A model generated the notes under the pieces. That model was not told the origin of the DNA and did no database searches. It was given only the letters and a program-made list of their open reading frames with translations. Made by a program: the position numbers and the translations under genes. Of a DNA stretch of 64,000 nucleotides, positions 25,814 through 38,992 are shown piece after piece (the first letter of the stretch is position 1; every line of letters begins with the position of its first letter). This stretch comes from Eledone cirrhosa. Lineage: Eukaryota. The DNA lies in assembly GCA_964016885.1 (NCBI GenBank), contig OZ024743.1, positions 180,482,001-180,546,000 on the forward strand, given 5' to 3'.

Positions 25814-27482
25814 GTTATTTGTCCTTTGCTGTTTGTCCTCTGTTGTTTGTCCTTGCTCTGATGCCCTTGACCATTATGCTGCGAAAAGTGAGAGCAGGAT
25901 ACAAGTTGGGAAAGGGAGAGCTTACCATCAGTCACCTCCTCTTCATGGACGATCTTAAGCTCTTCGGGAAGAGTGAGAAGGAGTTGGATGTGCTTGTTGA
26001 CACTGTCCGTATTTTCAGCAGTGATATATGTATGCAGTTTGGTATTAGTAAGTGTGGAGTCATTGTGATGAGGAGGGGTAGGTTGAGCAAAAGTAACGGA
26101 ATCCAGATACCAACAGGTGAGATGTTAAAGGAAATTGACTCTGAGGAAGGATACAAGTATTTGGGCGTTCTGGAGGCTGATGGCATAAAGAACAAAAAAA
26201 TGAAGGAATTGTTAAGAACTGAATACATTCGGAGAGTAAGGAGCGTATTGAAGTCACATCTGAACAGCAGAAATGCCATAAGCGCAGTAAATTCCCGAGC
26301 TGTGTCTATTATTAGGTACAGTGCGGGAATTCTGAGATGGAATGTTGCTGAACAAAAAGAAATGTATAGGAAAACTAGGAAGCTATTGACTATCTACAAC
26401 ATGTTCCACAAGAGGAGTGATGTCGATAGACTCTACCTAAGGAGATCTGAGGGTGGAAGAGGTCTTATCAGCATAGAGGACTGTGTTCAGATGGAGAAAA
26501 ACAACCTATACATATACGTGACTGATAGTAAGGAGCCAATGCTCAGAACTGTACTGAAGGGTGGGACAATAGGCCAGGGGATGTCCAAGGAGGAAATAAC
26601 ATCAAGGAGAAAGAGCAGCCTTCAGGGAAAATCCCTTCATAGTACCTTCTTTGAGAAAACTGAATTTAGAGATCCACAGACATGGAACTGGTTGAGAAGA
26701 GGAGACCTCAAAAAGGCTACAGTAGGAATGTTAATGGCTGCGCAGGAGCAGGCCCTCAAAACGAAGTGGTTGAAACACCATATTTACAAGGAGGCGGCTA
26801 GCCCACTGTGCAGGATCTGTGGAGAGAGAGAGGAGACTGTGGCTCACATTGTATCCGAGTGTAAACACCTAGCCCAGACCCACTATAAGGGCTGGAGACA
26901 TGATGTGATGGGCAGGGTGATCCACTGGCACCTGTGCAAAGTAAACAATTTACCACATTCTGAGAAAGGGTATGAGCATAGGCCAGAGGCGGTGATGGAG
27001 AACGATCAGGTGAAGGTGCTGTGGGATTTTAGGATACAGACGGACAAGAAACTGGAACACAATAGACCTGACCAGGTGGTTGTGGACAAAGAAAAAAGAT
27101 CATGTCTGATTGTGGATGTGGCCTGCCCATTCGACACGAGAGTGCTAGAGAAGGAGAGGGAGAAAATTAACCGATACCAGGACTTAAAGTGGGCGGTAAA
27201 AAGGATTTGGAAATGCCATGAAGTCAAAGTGATCCCGATTGTCATAGGCGCACTGGCGACTATCTCCAAAAGTTTCCAGAGATGCTTAAAGAAAATCGGC
27301 CCCTTCACGCTTTTTGGAACGCTTCAAAAGGCATGCTTGCTGGGAACAGCAAGAACCCTCCGATACATCCTGAATATCTGAGGCTGCAGGTAGTGGCTTG
27401 TTATTCATTCCAACGGACTTTCCAGTTAACCAACATCAATGACTGAGATTCAAGGAATAATAATAATAATAATAATAATAAT
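25814..27482 (+). mobile_element. R4/Dong-like family A, copy 3 (longest; open frame 25819-27381 from mid-RT to RLE)
   Basis: PLLFVLAL, HLLFMDDLKL, YKYLG, CRICG..HIVSEC, RHD, RPD; (AAT)n tail from 27456. Confidence 0.92.
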
Positions 27483-30400
27483 ATCAACTGGAAAAAGAAA
27501 CATCCCGAAAAAAGAGGCTATATTGACAGTAACAAACTAGCCAATATACGAAGAAATATTGTAAGAAAAAGTTACTAACTGATATAGAAATTGATCAGAT
27601 CAAGCTATTAGCACAAAGTCAGCGAATGGAAAATGAAACATGTGTCAGTGAAAACGAGGTAAATTGTAACACTTCGAATCCCAGGGTTGGGGCGGAATCA
27701 CTGACAACAGAACAAATTAAAGAAAGGATCGAAAAAGTGGAGGGAGTGCATGCTCAAGATGAAACTCAAAATGAAAACAATGAGATCGTAAATGATAAAG
27801 AAATGAATGAGAATGAACTTGCCAACTTGAAGGATGAAATTATGATCGAATGGATTAAAATGAAAGAATCTGACATGGGGGAACCAGACACCCTCCCTAA
27901 GATCCAAAACTCCAAACAGAACCAAAAGATAATACACAAGACTAACATAATTCTCAAAAACATTATCATCACAAACAAACTAAACATTACTGATTTAAAT
28001 CATCTCTATTATGCATCGGCTAAAGTCACCACTCACTTATGTGGAGTGGAAATGAAAAAACAAAGGAATTCCCACAAGAAATCTACTTGGCAAGAGAACA
28101 TCAATCGCCAAATAATTCTTCTCCGATCTGACATAGAAATGTTAACAAACTATAAAGTAGGTGAACATGTTAAACAAACTAAACTTAGAAAATTGAAAAA
28201 AAAGTACAGTATAAAATCAACATGTGACATAGACATGCTGATAGAAATAATCAAGCAAAAAGTGTCGGCCAAAGCTGTTCATATAAGGCGCTTTGAAAAA
28301 CGATCTAGATTCTATAAGGACAATAATATGTTCAAAAACAACCAAAGAAACGTCTACAGAAAAATTGGTAAGTCAACAATAACTGCTAAATCAATACCAC
28401 CCAAGGAGGAAGTGCAAGAATTCTGGGAAAAGATCTGTGCCGAAGAAAAAGTTCGTAACATACATGCCCCATGGATAGACAGACAAATGAACGATACAGC
28501 TCACCTTGAGGAACAAACATTGGAAAATATAACAGTTGAACAGTTGCGCTTGGCTCTAAGAAAAACCAGCAAATGGAAATCCCCAGGAAAAGACAAAATA
28601 CAAAATGTTTGGATAAATGCCTTCACAGAGTCTCATGAGCTGTTAGCCCAACTTTACAATGAAATAGTTAAGGAGCCAGAAAAGATACCTTCATGGCTAG
28701 TTAACGGCATTACATTCCTGCTTCCGAAGAATGATGAGACAAACAATCCCAAAAATTACAGACCGATAACTTGCTTGACCACAATGTATAAAATGTTAAC
28801 ATCAGTCCTAACTGAATACACATATGACCACCTGATAACAAATGACCTATTTCCCATTGAGCAGAAAGGGTGTAAACGAGGCTCATATGGCTGTAAGGAT
28901 CAGCTTCTGGTTAACAAAATGATACTGGAAGATTGTCATAATAGACACAAAAATCTATCGATTGCTTGGATAGATTATAAAAAAGCATTTGATAGTTTGC
29001 CACACAGTTGGATTGAAAAAATAAATAGAGATTTTCAAAGTATCCCCCGTTGTCAGGAGGTTTTTGTCATTCAGTATGAAGACATGGAAAACGACACTCC
29101 TTTTGAATAGTGAAACAAAATCACTGGAAGCTGGAGAAGTTAATATTAAGTGTGGAATTTTTCAGGGTGACTCTTTATCACCGCTTTTATTCTGCATCGC
29201 ACTTATACCATTAAGTAAAATGCTCAATGAAACAAAACATGGATATAAAGTCTATGACAAAACCATTAATCACCTGTTCTACATGGATGACCTGAAACTA
29301 TTTGCAAAAAATGATGAACAATTGCAAGGGCTATTATCCACTGTGAAGCAGTTCAGTGATGACATTAAAATGGAGTTTGGACTAGATAAATTCGCCAAAG
29401 CAACGTTCACCAGAGGAAAGCTGCTGAAGAGGTCAGACATTAATCTTGATCGGGGGAACGTGATAAGAGAACTTGATCAAGAAAAAACTTACAAATATCT
29501 AGGTGTTTGTGAAGGTGATGGAATCAAGCACTCGACAATGAGGGAAAGGATAAGGAAGGAATGTTACCGCAGAGTGAGAGCAATCTTAAAAACGGAATTG
29601 AATGCAAGGAATAGAATCGATGCCATAAACACGCTTGCCATACCAGTAGTAACCTACAGTTACAATGTCATCAACTGGTCAAGCACAGAGATCCGTAGGC
29701 TCGATACAAAAATTCGAAAATTCTTAACCATGCACAGAATGCATTACCCTAAGGCAGATACAGATAGAATATATCTCCCTAGGAAAGAAGGAGGACGTGG
29801 CTTAATCCAGTTAGACATTGCGTTGAAATCTGCAACAATTGGATTATCTACATATCTAAGGGAATCACATGATTGGATGATCAAACTCGTTTTGAAACAC
29901 GAAAGCATCAAAAGATCATACTCCATTACAAAAGATGCACAAAGATACAGTAATGGACTGCAAATTTCAGAAGTCCCATTTACTGCTGAAATGGAAAACA
30001 CAGAAAAAGCAAAGCAGGTAAAAGTAACTGCAGAGAAAGAACTGCTACAGAAACTGGCTAAGAAATGGCAAGAAAACCCTCTGTATGGAAAATACCCAGA
30101 ACGAGCTAACAATCCTGATGTTGACAAAACTTTAACACATCAGTGGTTGGCATCCTCTGGACTGAAATCGGAGACTGAAGGACTGATTATATCAGCACAA
30201 GATCAGTGTCTGCCAACAAAAAATTACCAAGCCAACATAATAAAAAAAATGGATGCAGCCCATTATGCCGTGTATGTAAAAAACAGCCAGGGACCATTGA
30301 CCATATAATTTCAATGTGCAGTCCTATAGCTCCAGCCGAATACCTAAACAGGCATGACAGAGCTGCACAATACATACATTGGATAATGTGTAAGCATTTT

Positions 30401-31027
30401 GACTTGTCCCATCAAAAGAATTGGTGGGAGCATCAACCACCTCCCATTTTGAAAAAGATCACATCTCAATCTTGTGGAACTTTATCATCCAAACAGACCG
30501 AAAAATAGATGCAAATAGACCTGATATAATATTGAAGGACTTTAAAAAGAGGGTATGCCTGCTAATTGATATGTCTGTTTCCAATAGACAAGAATGTATC
30601 TATAAAAACATTTGAAAAATTGAGCAAGTATAAGGACCTGGAGATAGAAATTGGAAAAATGTGGAAATTGAGAACTAAAACAATACCAGTGGTTGTAAGC
30701 GCTCTAGGAATGATACCTAAGAGGTCTAATGATTACTTATCGCAAATCCCAGGAAACCCGCGTATAGGAGAAATACAAAATATAGTACTAATGGGAATGC
30801 CCATTTACTAAGGAAGATTCTGTCAATATAAGTACATCACAAGTCTAAACACCTAAAGATGCATGTGTGAGTATGTATGTTCTTTCTTGAACATGGCGGA
30901 CCTTGTTGTCTCTTGAGGCCACTGGTTGTGACTTGGTGATAACTCGTATAAACATAAAGCAAGATAAATGCAGCTGTAAGAAGAAGAAGAAGAAGAAGAT
31001 GAAGATGAAGATGAAGAAGAAGAAGAA
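27483..31027 (+). mobile_element. R4/Dong-like family B, copy 4 (longest; N-terminal region + RT + RLE, frameshifted), (AAG)n tail
   Basis: ORFs 27626-29110, 29064-30308 and downstream fragments; WKSPGKD, YRPITCL, YMDD; tail 30978-31027. Confidence 0.92.
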
Positions 31028-31344
31028 AATACATTTTAATATTTCGACAGCGATTTAACTGAAACATGTTAAAGTAAACCTGTTTTCTGAAATGTTACTT
31101 TGTGGTTCAATAGATATTTATTGTATCATAAGGTATCAAAGATTCCATCTGAGCAAAGAAGGAGGCAGACAAATCCTGGCTTGGAAATAAGTCCTTACAA
31201 GCAGGCGTGAAAAGACCTAGAAAAGACACTAGAGGCCTGCAAAGTTGAAGCAAGGACGAACTTTGGGGTTAAGCTAGAATACAATTTCAAAAAAAGGAAT
31301 GCAAATAACGTATTCTGGTAGAGTCCAAGCTAGCTGACGAACAG

Positions 31345-31586
31345 CGCACCCGACCAAATATTCATAATGCAGCAGGTCTTCAAGAAATCGTGGGATTATT
31401 TCCAAGAGGTATATATTTGCTTCGTACACCTCGAAAAGGCATATGACCGCGTTCCACAAGACCTGTTGGGGAAGGTTCTGCAGGACTATGGGATCACATG
31501 ACAGCTTATTGTTGCCCTCAAGTTTCTATACGAATGCCTTAGTGTTTGTGTTCAGTTAAATGGTGCTAAGTCGAAACCATTCAATT
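31345..31586 (+). pseudogene. RTE-type RT fragment
   Basis: DQIFIMQQVFKKSWDYFQEVYICFVHLEKAYDRVPQDLLGKVLQDYGI (not in the ORF track). Confidence 0.75.
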
Positions 31587-32623
31587 GCAACATGCATGTA
31601 TTTCACGTGAAAAAACTCTAGGTTTACATTTGTCTCGTGTTTTAAAAATGCTATGTTTTGAGTGGTTGTTTAGCTGTATTAGATAGCAACTCACATATAT
31701 ATTTTGTGAATTGTTAATATACCAATTCAATGTTGTTAAATGTAACAAAAAAGATGTAACGTTATGACGTAAAATTATATTTGAAGGATTATTCGATATT
31801 CTGTGGTAGGGGTGAGGTGGGGTTGGCATGAGAGATGCTGTCCAGTTCAAATATCTCGACCGAACGATAATGAGCGGTCAGTAATCCCTGATTGTCTCAC
31901 AACTGTACCGCTTCTTTCAATTTCAGATTAACTGTTTCCTATTTGTTGAAGTCTAGTTTAAGTAATGAAATATAATATAGATCTTTAAGGTGCAAAATGC
32001 CAACAAATCAATAGTATGTGATCTGAACACAGAAGGAGGCAGTGTAATATTATATCTTATCCAATGGTTCAACTTGTCTCTACTAAACGGTATAATCAAT
32101 CAACGTAACAACAATGAAAACAGAAAGATTACTGTCTTCAATTCGAAGACAAATTAAGATTTAGGATAAACCAAAATCGGAAGACAACGAATATCTGAAT
32201 TCTTTTCAAATTTAATAATTAAATTTTAGTATGAAATCTGCACGGAAATCAGATAAGTTATAATTAACAACGTAGCTGTACTGCATGCACACTGTAGCCG
32301 AACATCTGTGCAAGTGAAATAACGAAATCACATTGAAATGTCTACACAGCAACTTCAAAAATCATTCTTAACAACGATATCTAGAGTTCTATCAGTATAT
32401 CTAAGTACGATATGTATTGCATCGACCAACACCTATTATCGATTCAGAGATAGATTCTACACGATTACACAATTTTTCAATCAATCTAGAAAGAAAAAAA
32501 ACATAACATTAAAAATAATACTAAAAGAAAAGAAATAGTAGCAATGAACAAAAACATGTTTTTCTATTGTCTTTTCGGGTGTACAGAAAAATTAGAATAT
32601 ATATATATATATATATATATATA

Positions 32624-32693
<70 letters not shown>

Positions 32694-32757
32694 ATAATAA
32701 TAAAATTGAAGACTAAAATCCACCGATTCTTTGCTTAAACTTTAATCTGTTATTTCA

Positions 32758-32835
<78 letters not shown>

Positions 32836-32839
<4 letters not shown>

Positions 32840-33789
32840 AATTTATATCTAGTAACATTTATATACACACAGATGCATATCAATGCTAGCAAATATATAG
32901 GTTTTGTCTTATTAACAATGTAGTTCAATGCATGGGGTTGCAGAACAATAATATGAGAGACGTAAAATAAGAAAATTATAAAATTAACTTACTTATTAAA
33001 AAATCACTTCCAACTAATTAGTTTCTGGAATGCAGTAAATATATTTTCCGAAGAAACATATCGAAAATCATTCCGTCATCAGGAAAGTCTTTTTCCGTAT
33101 AGGTCTCCAGGCATAGCGAGGACACTGGAAACTTATTAAAAAAATAATTCAGTGGGATGGAAATAGCGAAGCGTGGACTGGATTCCAAGCCATTGAGAAA
33201 ATCACTGCCTTTACGTCTGTGGCAAATTCAAAAAGAATCAATCACGTGACATCGAGGTCAATCAGTGAAAAGCGAGTGGTTATTAAGACAGCGGCCAGCT
33301 TACTACCATAGTAGCAGTCATGGCCAAATATTGCTCGACAAATGAATTGGAGATAATTATAAGGAATGTATATCTAGTAACATTTATATACACACAGATG
33401 CATATCAATGCTAGCAAATATATAGGTTTTGTCTTATTAACAATGTGGTTCAATGCACGGGGTTGCAGAACAATAATATGAGAGACGTAAAATAAGAAAA
33501 TTATAAAATTAACTTACTTACTAAAAAATCACTTACAACTAATTAGTTTCTGGAATGGAGTAAATATATTTTCCGAAGAAACATATAGAAAATCATTCCG
33601 TCATCAGGAAAGTCTTTTTCCGTATAGGTCTCCAGGCATAGCAAGGACACTGGAAACCTATACGGAAAAAGACTTTCCTGATGACGGAATGATTTTCTAT
33701 ATGTTTCTTCGGAAAATATATTTACTCCATTCCAGAAACTAATTAGTTGGAAGTGATTTTTTAGTATTTTATAATTTTCTTATTTTACG

Positions 33790-33800
<11 letters not shown>
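32836..33800. mobile_element. Tandem plus inverted pLTR with three hammerheads
   Basis: 32836-33132 is repeated at 33361-33656 and inverted at 33650-33800; ACTTTC-CTGATGA-CGGAATG..CATTCCA-GAAA-CTAATTAGTT-GGAAGT at 33672-33754. Confidence 0.85.
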
Positions 33801-33831
<31 letters not shown>

Positions 33832-33837
<6 letters not shown>

Positions 33838-34395
33838 ATACGTACATAAATATATGTGTACAGACGTACAGTAGTATGTATATATATACATACATTCACA
33901 CATATATATATGTACGTATAGGTTTACCGAACATTTATTATAATGTTCGGTTTGTTTGTAAACAAACAGCCCGAATTAAGTCGTACAGTGTTCGGCAACC
34001 ATCGTCGCCCTTTTGTTCAACACTGACAAAGAAACGATGAACTAGTTTCAAGCTTATTAGCTATCGTCAGCATCGTATACCTTTCTGTCAGATGACTAAA
34101 CGCTTGAAAGTATATACTTTCGTTATGCATCGTTCCTGTGTCAGTGTTGAACAAAAGGGCGACGATGGTTGCCGAACACTGTACAGCGTAATTCGGGCTG
34201 TTTGTTTACAAACAAACCGAACATTATAATAAATGTTCGGTAAACCCATACGTACATATATATATGTGTGCATGTATGTATATATATACATACTACTGTA
34301 CGTCTGTACACATATATGTATGTACGTATAAATACTTATATTTAGGTATCAGCCGTACTAAGAGTGAGAAATGAAATTTCAATTCATTCTTTTCC

Positions 34396-34400
<5 letters not shown>
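33832..34400. mobile_element. Retrozyme-like family, fold-back copy; hammerhead 34034-34076 (-)
   Basis: 33832-34039 is inverted at 34128-34330; stem I ACGATG/CATCGT. Confidence 0.8.
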
Positions 34401-34429
<29 letters not shown>

Positions 34430-34432
<3 letters not shown>

Positions 34433-34660
34433 TTACGAATGACCATGGAATTTGCACCTAGAAAGTTTCCCTCGGAGGCACAAGTCCGAACAAGGTTGTT
34501 TGTAGAAGACCACCAGTCACCGATGCATATCACCCTCCCCTCTCCACGTCAACGATGATGTCCAAGGGAAAGGCTATGGCCGATACAACTCATTTCTACA
34601 GCTAAATAAACTTTTCGATTTCTTGCCCAATGCTCTCACCACTAAGCCATGTGCCTTCAC
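34430..34660 (-). mobile_element. tRNA-derived SINE family 2 (internally deleted)
   Basis: Minus strand starts GTGAAGGCACATGGCTTAGTGGTGAGAGC (A-box TGGCTTAGTGG). Confidence 0.6.
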
Positions 34661-34979
34661 TCACACACATATACAGGAGCTGTGGAGACACTTCTGATTG
34701 GAGGGGGGGGGGGGGGGGGGGCACAAGTTTGGTCAATGTATTTGTAGTGATTTGTTTAGCTCTTTGCACTCTAAAATGGTCAGAAAACTTCGATATGTGA
34801 TAAACATATCATGTACATAAATTGTAGCGCATATCCAAATAGATGTGTGTTTTGGAAGTTCCATCGCCCCTCTATATATATTTATAATGTGCTGTGTAAG
34901 GGGTTGATATATCGAATTTCTTCGCATTTGGTAATTAACTGGTATTATACCCAATTTATTCATCTCCTATACATATATA

Positions 34980-35248
34980 CTAGACCAACTGTGACCCGCT
35001 GGGTCACGTTCACTTTAAAATATTTTTTTAAAATCATGTTCACTTAAAAATAATTTTTACAGCTCTCTCTCTATTCTCTCTTTCAATCTACTCTCTCACA
35101 ACCTATTTACCCAAAACTTGTTTTATTCCATTTTTATTCACACTTCAAGGGCTAATGATTCTTTTTAAAGTATTTTCCCATTATGCGCCGTTTTGTGTGT
35201 ATTAAATTACAGACAAGATACAATCAGAGAGTTTTAGTAGTATATAGA
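34980..35248 (-). mobile_element. Non-autonomous Helitron (~270 bp)
   Basis: Minus strand A|TCTATATACTACT ... GTGACCC-agc-GGGTCAC hairpin ... CTAG|T; no TSD. Confidence 0.75.
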
Positions 35249-35451
35249 TAGATTCAAAATAAACAAACACCACCAACAACACCACCACCACACTACATAG
35301 CCCCCATCACCCCTGCCACCTTCCCTCAGTTCCACCGCCCCGTGAGATATATATATATATATATGTATGTCTTGAGTGATATGATAGAGTTTGTATTTGT
35401 CTTCTTCTTCTTGAGAGGGTCGTGGAGGCAGAATCCACAAACCGTCTACAA

Positions 35452-35700
35452 CTGATCAGACTCTCTTGTCTCACTTTTTGAAAGCTGGGATTATCACTCC
35501 CGATTTCCATTGCTTAGGTCCCTTTCCAGAGACCGAAGCCACCCGGCACACACTTGTCAGCCAGAGAATACCTTTTCTATTTAAGGATTTCAAGATCTCA
35601 GGCCGGATTTCATCTTCCCGAGGACCTTTGCATATTTGAGCAATTTAACAACTCTTCTGATCTCAGCCTCTGAGTGATTAGATACCTCTCCAAAATCCAC
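35452..35700 (-). pseudogene. RTE-type RT N-terminal fragment
   Basis: KGPREDEIRPEILKSLNRKGILWLTSVCRVA..PKQWKSGVIIPAFKK*DK. Confidence 0.7.
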
Positions 35701-36297
35701 CTCGTGTACATCAGAAAATGCTGTTCTAATAAGGTTTTCTTTGTAATTTAAACATTGGTTGCAGGTTATATAAAAGTAAATTGAATCAAAAGCAGATGAA
35801 ATAAGAAAAAATAATAGAACTTCTTGTGTCTTCCATCTTGTATTTTATGTTTTGCTTATTTATTCAAGAGAACGTTGAACTATGAAAAGTACATAAATGA
35901 TTTTGTTCAACTTCTTCTTTATGTGTATATATATATGTGTGTGTTTGTATGTGTGTGTGGGTGTAAGTGCGACTGTGTGCGTAAATATGTATATGTTTGT
36001 GTATGCGAACCACAGCGTTACATAATGATACACAGATCTATCCAACCATGTATACTTGCATGTGTGTGAATGTGTGCGTGTGTGTGTGCATGTGTATGTG
36101 TGTGTGTGAATGTGAGCGTATGTATGCAATAGATATGGTGACATGTATATATGCAGATGTCTAATATGACAAATTGATGTATTACACAAACAATATGTGG
36201 AAACAGAAATCCATTTGTAAAGATTGTATAATCAGTGGTATTAAACCTTGCATGTAGTTCCTTAAGGACATTAAAAAAATTCAGTTATTGAAAATTG

Positions 36298-36390
<93 letters not shown>

Positions 36391-36393
<3 letters not shown>

Positions 36394-37220
36394 TAATAAA
36401 ATAATGAATAAACAAAGAAACAGTTCCTTATATTAAAAAAATTCATCATTTTACGATCGTTTCTAGGATATATATGTGATAGAGTTGGTATGCATATTCT
36501 ATAGATCTATGTACAGTATTTATACAAACTATCAGAGGGAATATACATACCTACACATATATATGCTGTCTTCAGAAATAATGATATTTGTTTATTGAAA
36601 AAAACAAAGATTCAATACAATAGGTCTGTTTGGGAACAGGTTTTGAATTGACCAATAGAGAGATAGTGAGGGTCAAGATAGTGATATAGTAGTAGAAGAA
36701 CCTTAAATTATGGGTAGAGGAAGGTAGATTTCAGTTTTGGATGGAAAAGAATATTATGAATGAAGGATTATTTTAGGGGAGAAATAGGTCGTATGCTGAC
36801 CTTAGAAATAATTTTATTTGTTCATTGAATAAAAACAACAAAGATCTAATATATTCTGTCTGTTTGGTAAGAAGTTTAGAATTAACCAATAGAAAGTTAA
36901 TAATTGGCCAAATAGTAAAATAGTAGTAATTGAAGCTTATTTTAGGGGTGAAAATAGGTCAGGTGGTCAGTAAAAGGTATACAAGCAGTTTGTTGTTATA
37001 AAATAGTAATGCCAATACAAATATCTAAGGTGACTAAAGTTTTACGATAAGAATGTTAGTGAAAAAAATACATCTATGAAAAGAATATAAATTAATTTAA
37101 TTGATGGGTATATTTATATTGATAAAATTATACTAATACATATAGATATGATAAATAAGAGTTAGATGCAGTTGAAAAGTGCTGTTAAAGATGAGGGGAA
37201 ATTAAAAGAATATAAAAATA
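36391..37220 (-). mobile_element. PLE 3' UTR/pLTR remnant with hammerhead 36444-36583
   Basis: CATTATTT-CTGAAGA-..ATATATATGTG..CACATATATAT..-GAAA-CGATCGTA-AAATGATG on the minus strand. Confidence 0.65.
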
Positions 37221-37337
37221 ATATATATATATATACCTATATATATATATATATATATACATATATATACACATATATATACACATACATACACACATAT
37301 ACACACATATATATATACACATAAATATATATATATA

Positions 37338-38550
37338 CGGAGGGACTTGACATACATTTGGCCCACACAGGACCTTCGCTGCGAAGATGCCTCTCCAACA
37401 AACCCTACGAGGCAGATAGGACTTGTTCCCTCAGCAACTGCCCGATACGGGGGGCAGATTGCCTACGCACCTATGTCGTATATAAGATTCAATGCGATAA
37501 ATGTAACAAGTTTTACATAGGTAGCACCATCCGACCCCTACATGTTCGTATCAAGGAACATATCAACACCAACGCATCTTCCTTCCGTAAACATATCCTC
37601 AAATGCGGAAACCCACAGGGTAGACCCTTGGTCACAGTCCTAGCGACTGAACGCAGCATCGGATCCTTAAGGATAAAGGAAGCACTTGTTATTAAGAACC
37701 TCAGACCCCCACTTAACAACCGGGCTGAGAGAAATGAGCTGACATGGCTAATTTAACCATAATGACCATTCACAGCCTACGGCCTGCTATATTCACACAC
37801 ACGCACGTATATGCATACCCATACGCATGCACACACACTTCTATATTTTACACGCACACATGTTTTTACAACCTACCACCTTTCACACCCTTTGATTTCC
37901 AGCTTCTACAGCCCACTATCTTTCACACACAAACGCACTCACACATATACATACACAGTTACACACACACATGTATACCCATACGCTTACACACACACAC
38001 TTCTATATTTATACACGCACACATATTTTACAACCTACCACCTTTCACACCCTTTGATTTCCAACTTCTACAGCCCACTATCTTTCACACACACACACAC
38101 ACTCACACATATACACACTTACACTTATACACACACAGTCACACACACATATATATTTACATACACATATCTTAAGGCTTTCACACGCTAACGCACCCTC
38201 TTGATTTAACCCATTTGGTCAGTAGCTTTTGCCACAGCTTATCACGCGCACGCGCATTCTCTCCCTCGTTTAAATTTTAAATATTTTTCTCCCCATAACG
38301 GCATTCCTGTCTTAACGACATCACCACTTTCTCCGCTTGGCCTGTTTTCCCCCCTTTTGGAATTTTTCCCCCGTTGATGGGCGTGAGCCCGAAATATTGG
38401 GATTAAAATCTCTACTACGGTAACCCTTCTACCTTTGTTTTGTTTTCATCTTTGTCTCTCTCAACTTTCACTTTCACCTGTTTTTCCTATCTATATTTCA
38501 CTTCCTACCTCGAGATTTCCCTTTGCATTGTTGTGGCTTTCTTAAATACG
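37338..38550 (+). mobile_element. PLE-1: GIY-YIG endonuclease 3' fragment (ORF 37358-37756) plus UTR/pLTR
   Basis: C..C..C..VVYKIQCDKCNKFYIGSTIRPLHVRIKEH..KEA..LN; ~160 bp tandem duplication in the UTR; degenerate hammerhead at 38367-38402. Confidence 0.85.
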
Positions 38551-38992
38551 TATTTTTATATATATATACATATGCATGCATATATACATACATACATATA
38601 TATATACACACACATACACACTTACATATACATATAATTATTGGGGGGGGGGGGGGAATTAAATTTAATAGTGAGAAATAATAAATATATATAGTTTTCA
38701 AGGAACATAGAGTCGTAACCTGAAGTTAAAGCATTATATATGTTTACTTAATAGTATCAGTTTTAGGAAATGATAGTTGTAAGAAGGAAAGCAAAATTAT
38801 GTAGTTCATCAGTAGTAGAGTATTAATTATAGGTTAACTAAATTTAAAATAGTTTATATATTAATTTCTAAAGTGTATATTAATTAGGTTTATAATATTT
38901 AAAGCAGAATTATGTAGTTCATTAGTAGTAGACTATTAATTATAGGTTAACTAAATTAAAAATAGTTTATATATTAATTTCTAAAGTGTATA

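Noticed and set aside
25297-25935. 212 aa ORF spanning the Tx1/A3 junction (and similarly the N-termini of 12412-13731 and 18512-19033)
   Set aside because: Chance read-through across element junctions and microsatellite; only the part from MANSP is plausible ORF1.
11574-30375. Short ORFs antisense to or overlapping the LINE ORFs
   Set aside because: Shadow ORFs of coding retroelement sequence with no independent motifs.
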